Shown: positions 26,247 through 26,247 of the stretch, piece by piece
How the letters are laid out: every line of letters begins with the position of its first letter
Numbering within the stretch: position 1 is the first letter of the stretch
Virus record (IMG/VR): IMGVR_UViG_3300009172_000887
Coordinates: 1 to 26,247 of that record
Reading direction: 5' to 3' (one strand)
Origin: a virus
Lineage: Duplodnaviria > Caudoviricetes
DNA length: 26,247 bases
Made by a program: the position numbers and the translations under genes
The notes under the pieces: model-generated
What the model was told of the DNA's origin: nothing
Database searches by the model: none
The model's input: the letters and a program-made list of their open reading frames with translations, nothing else

Positions 26247-26247
26247 C

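Noticed and set aside
1-26247. GCWGC avoidance
   Set aside because: Ala-Ala often uses GCC/GCG, but several GCAGC/GCTGC copies exist (e.g. ~1382, 3626, 4270). It cannot be supported without counts.

Overview
Fragment of a tailed dsDNA phage genome with short-tailed (podovirus-type) architecture, probably marine. The + strand carries a tightly packed virion module: head-tail adaptor, nozzle, tail fibre, four Gly-rich putative ejection proteins around a GNAT-fold gene, an 859-aa protein, a 3969-aa giant protein and three small membrane-associated ORFs. It abuts, tail-to-tail with no gap, a - strand block: partial possible dNMP kinase, SPPY-type DNA methyltransferase, 3-TM holin and GH24 endolysin. 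Main observations: (1) the giant protein looks like an ejected polyvalent protein with two HEXXH zincin domains and an ADP-ribosyltransferase-like domain; (2) a bipartite motif GGACGA-N15-GTGRTA recurs three times upstream of gene starts (candidate late promoter); (3) the GNAT is followed by three Met-Gly-starting proteins, and these plus the protein upstream of the GNAT share similar C-terminal tails; (4) codon choice strongly avoids GANTC, CCAGS/SCTGG, GATC and GGTGA. All calls come from manual motif reading; no searches were run.
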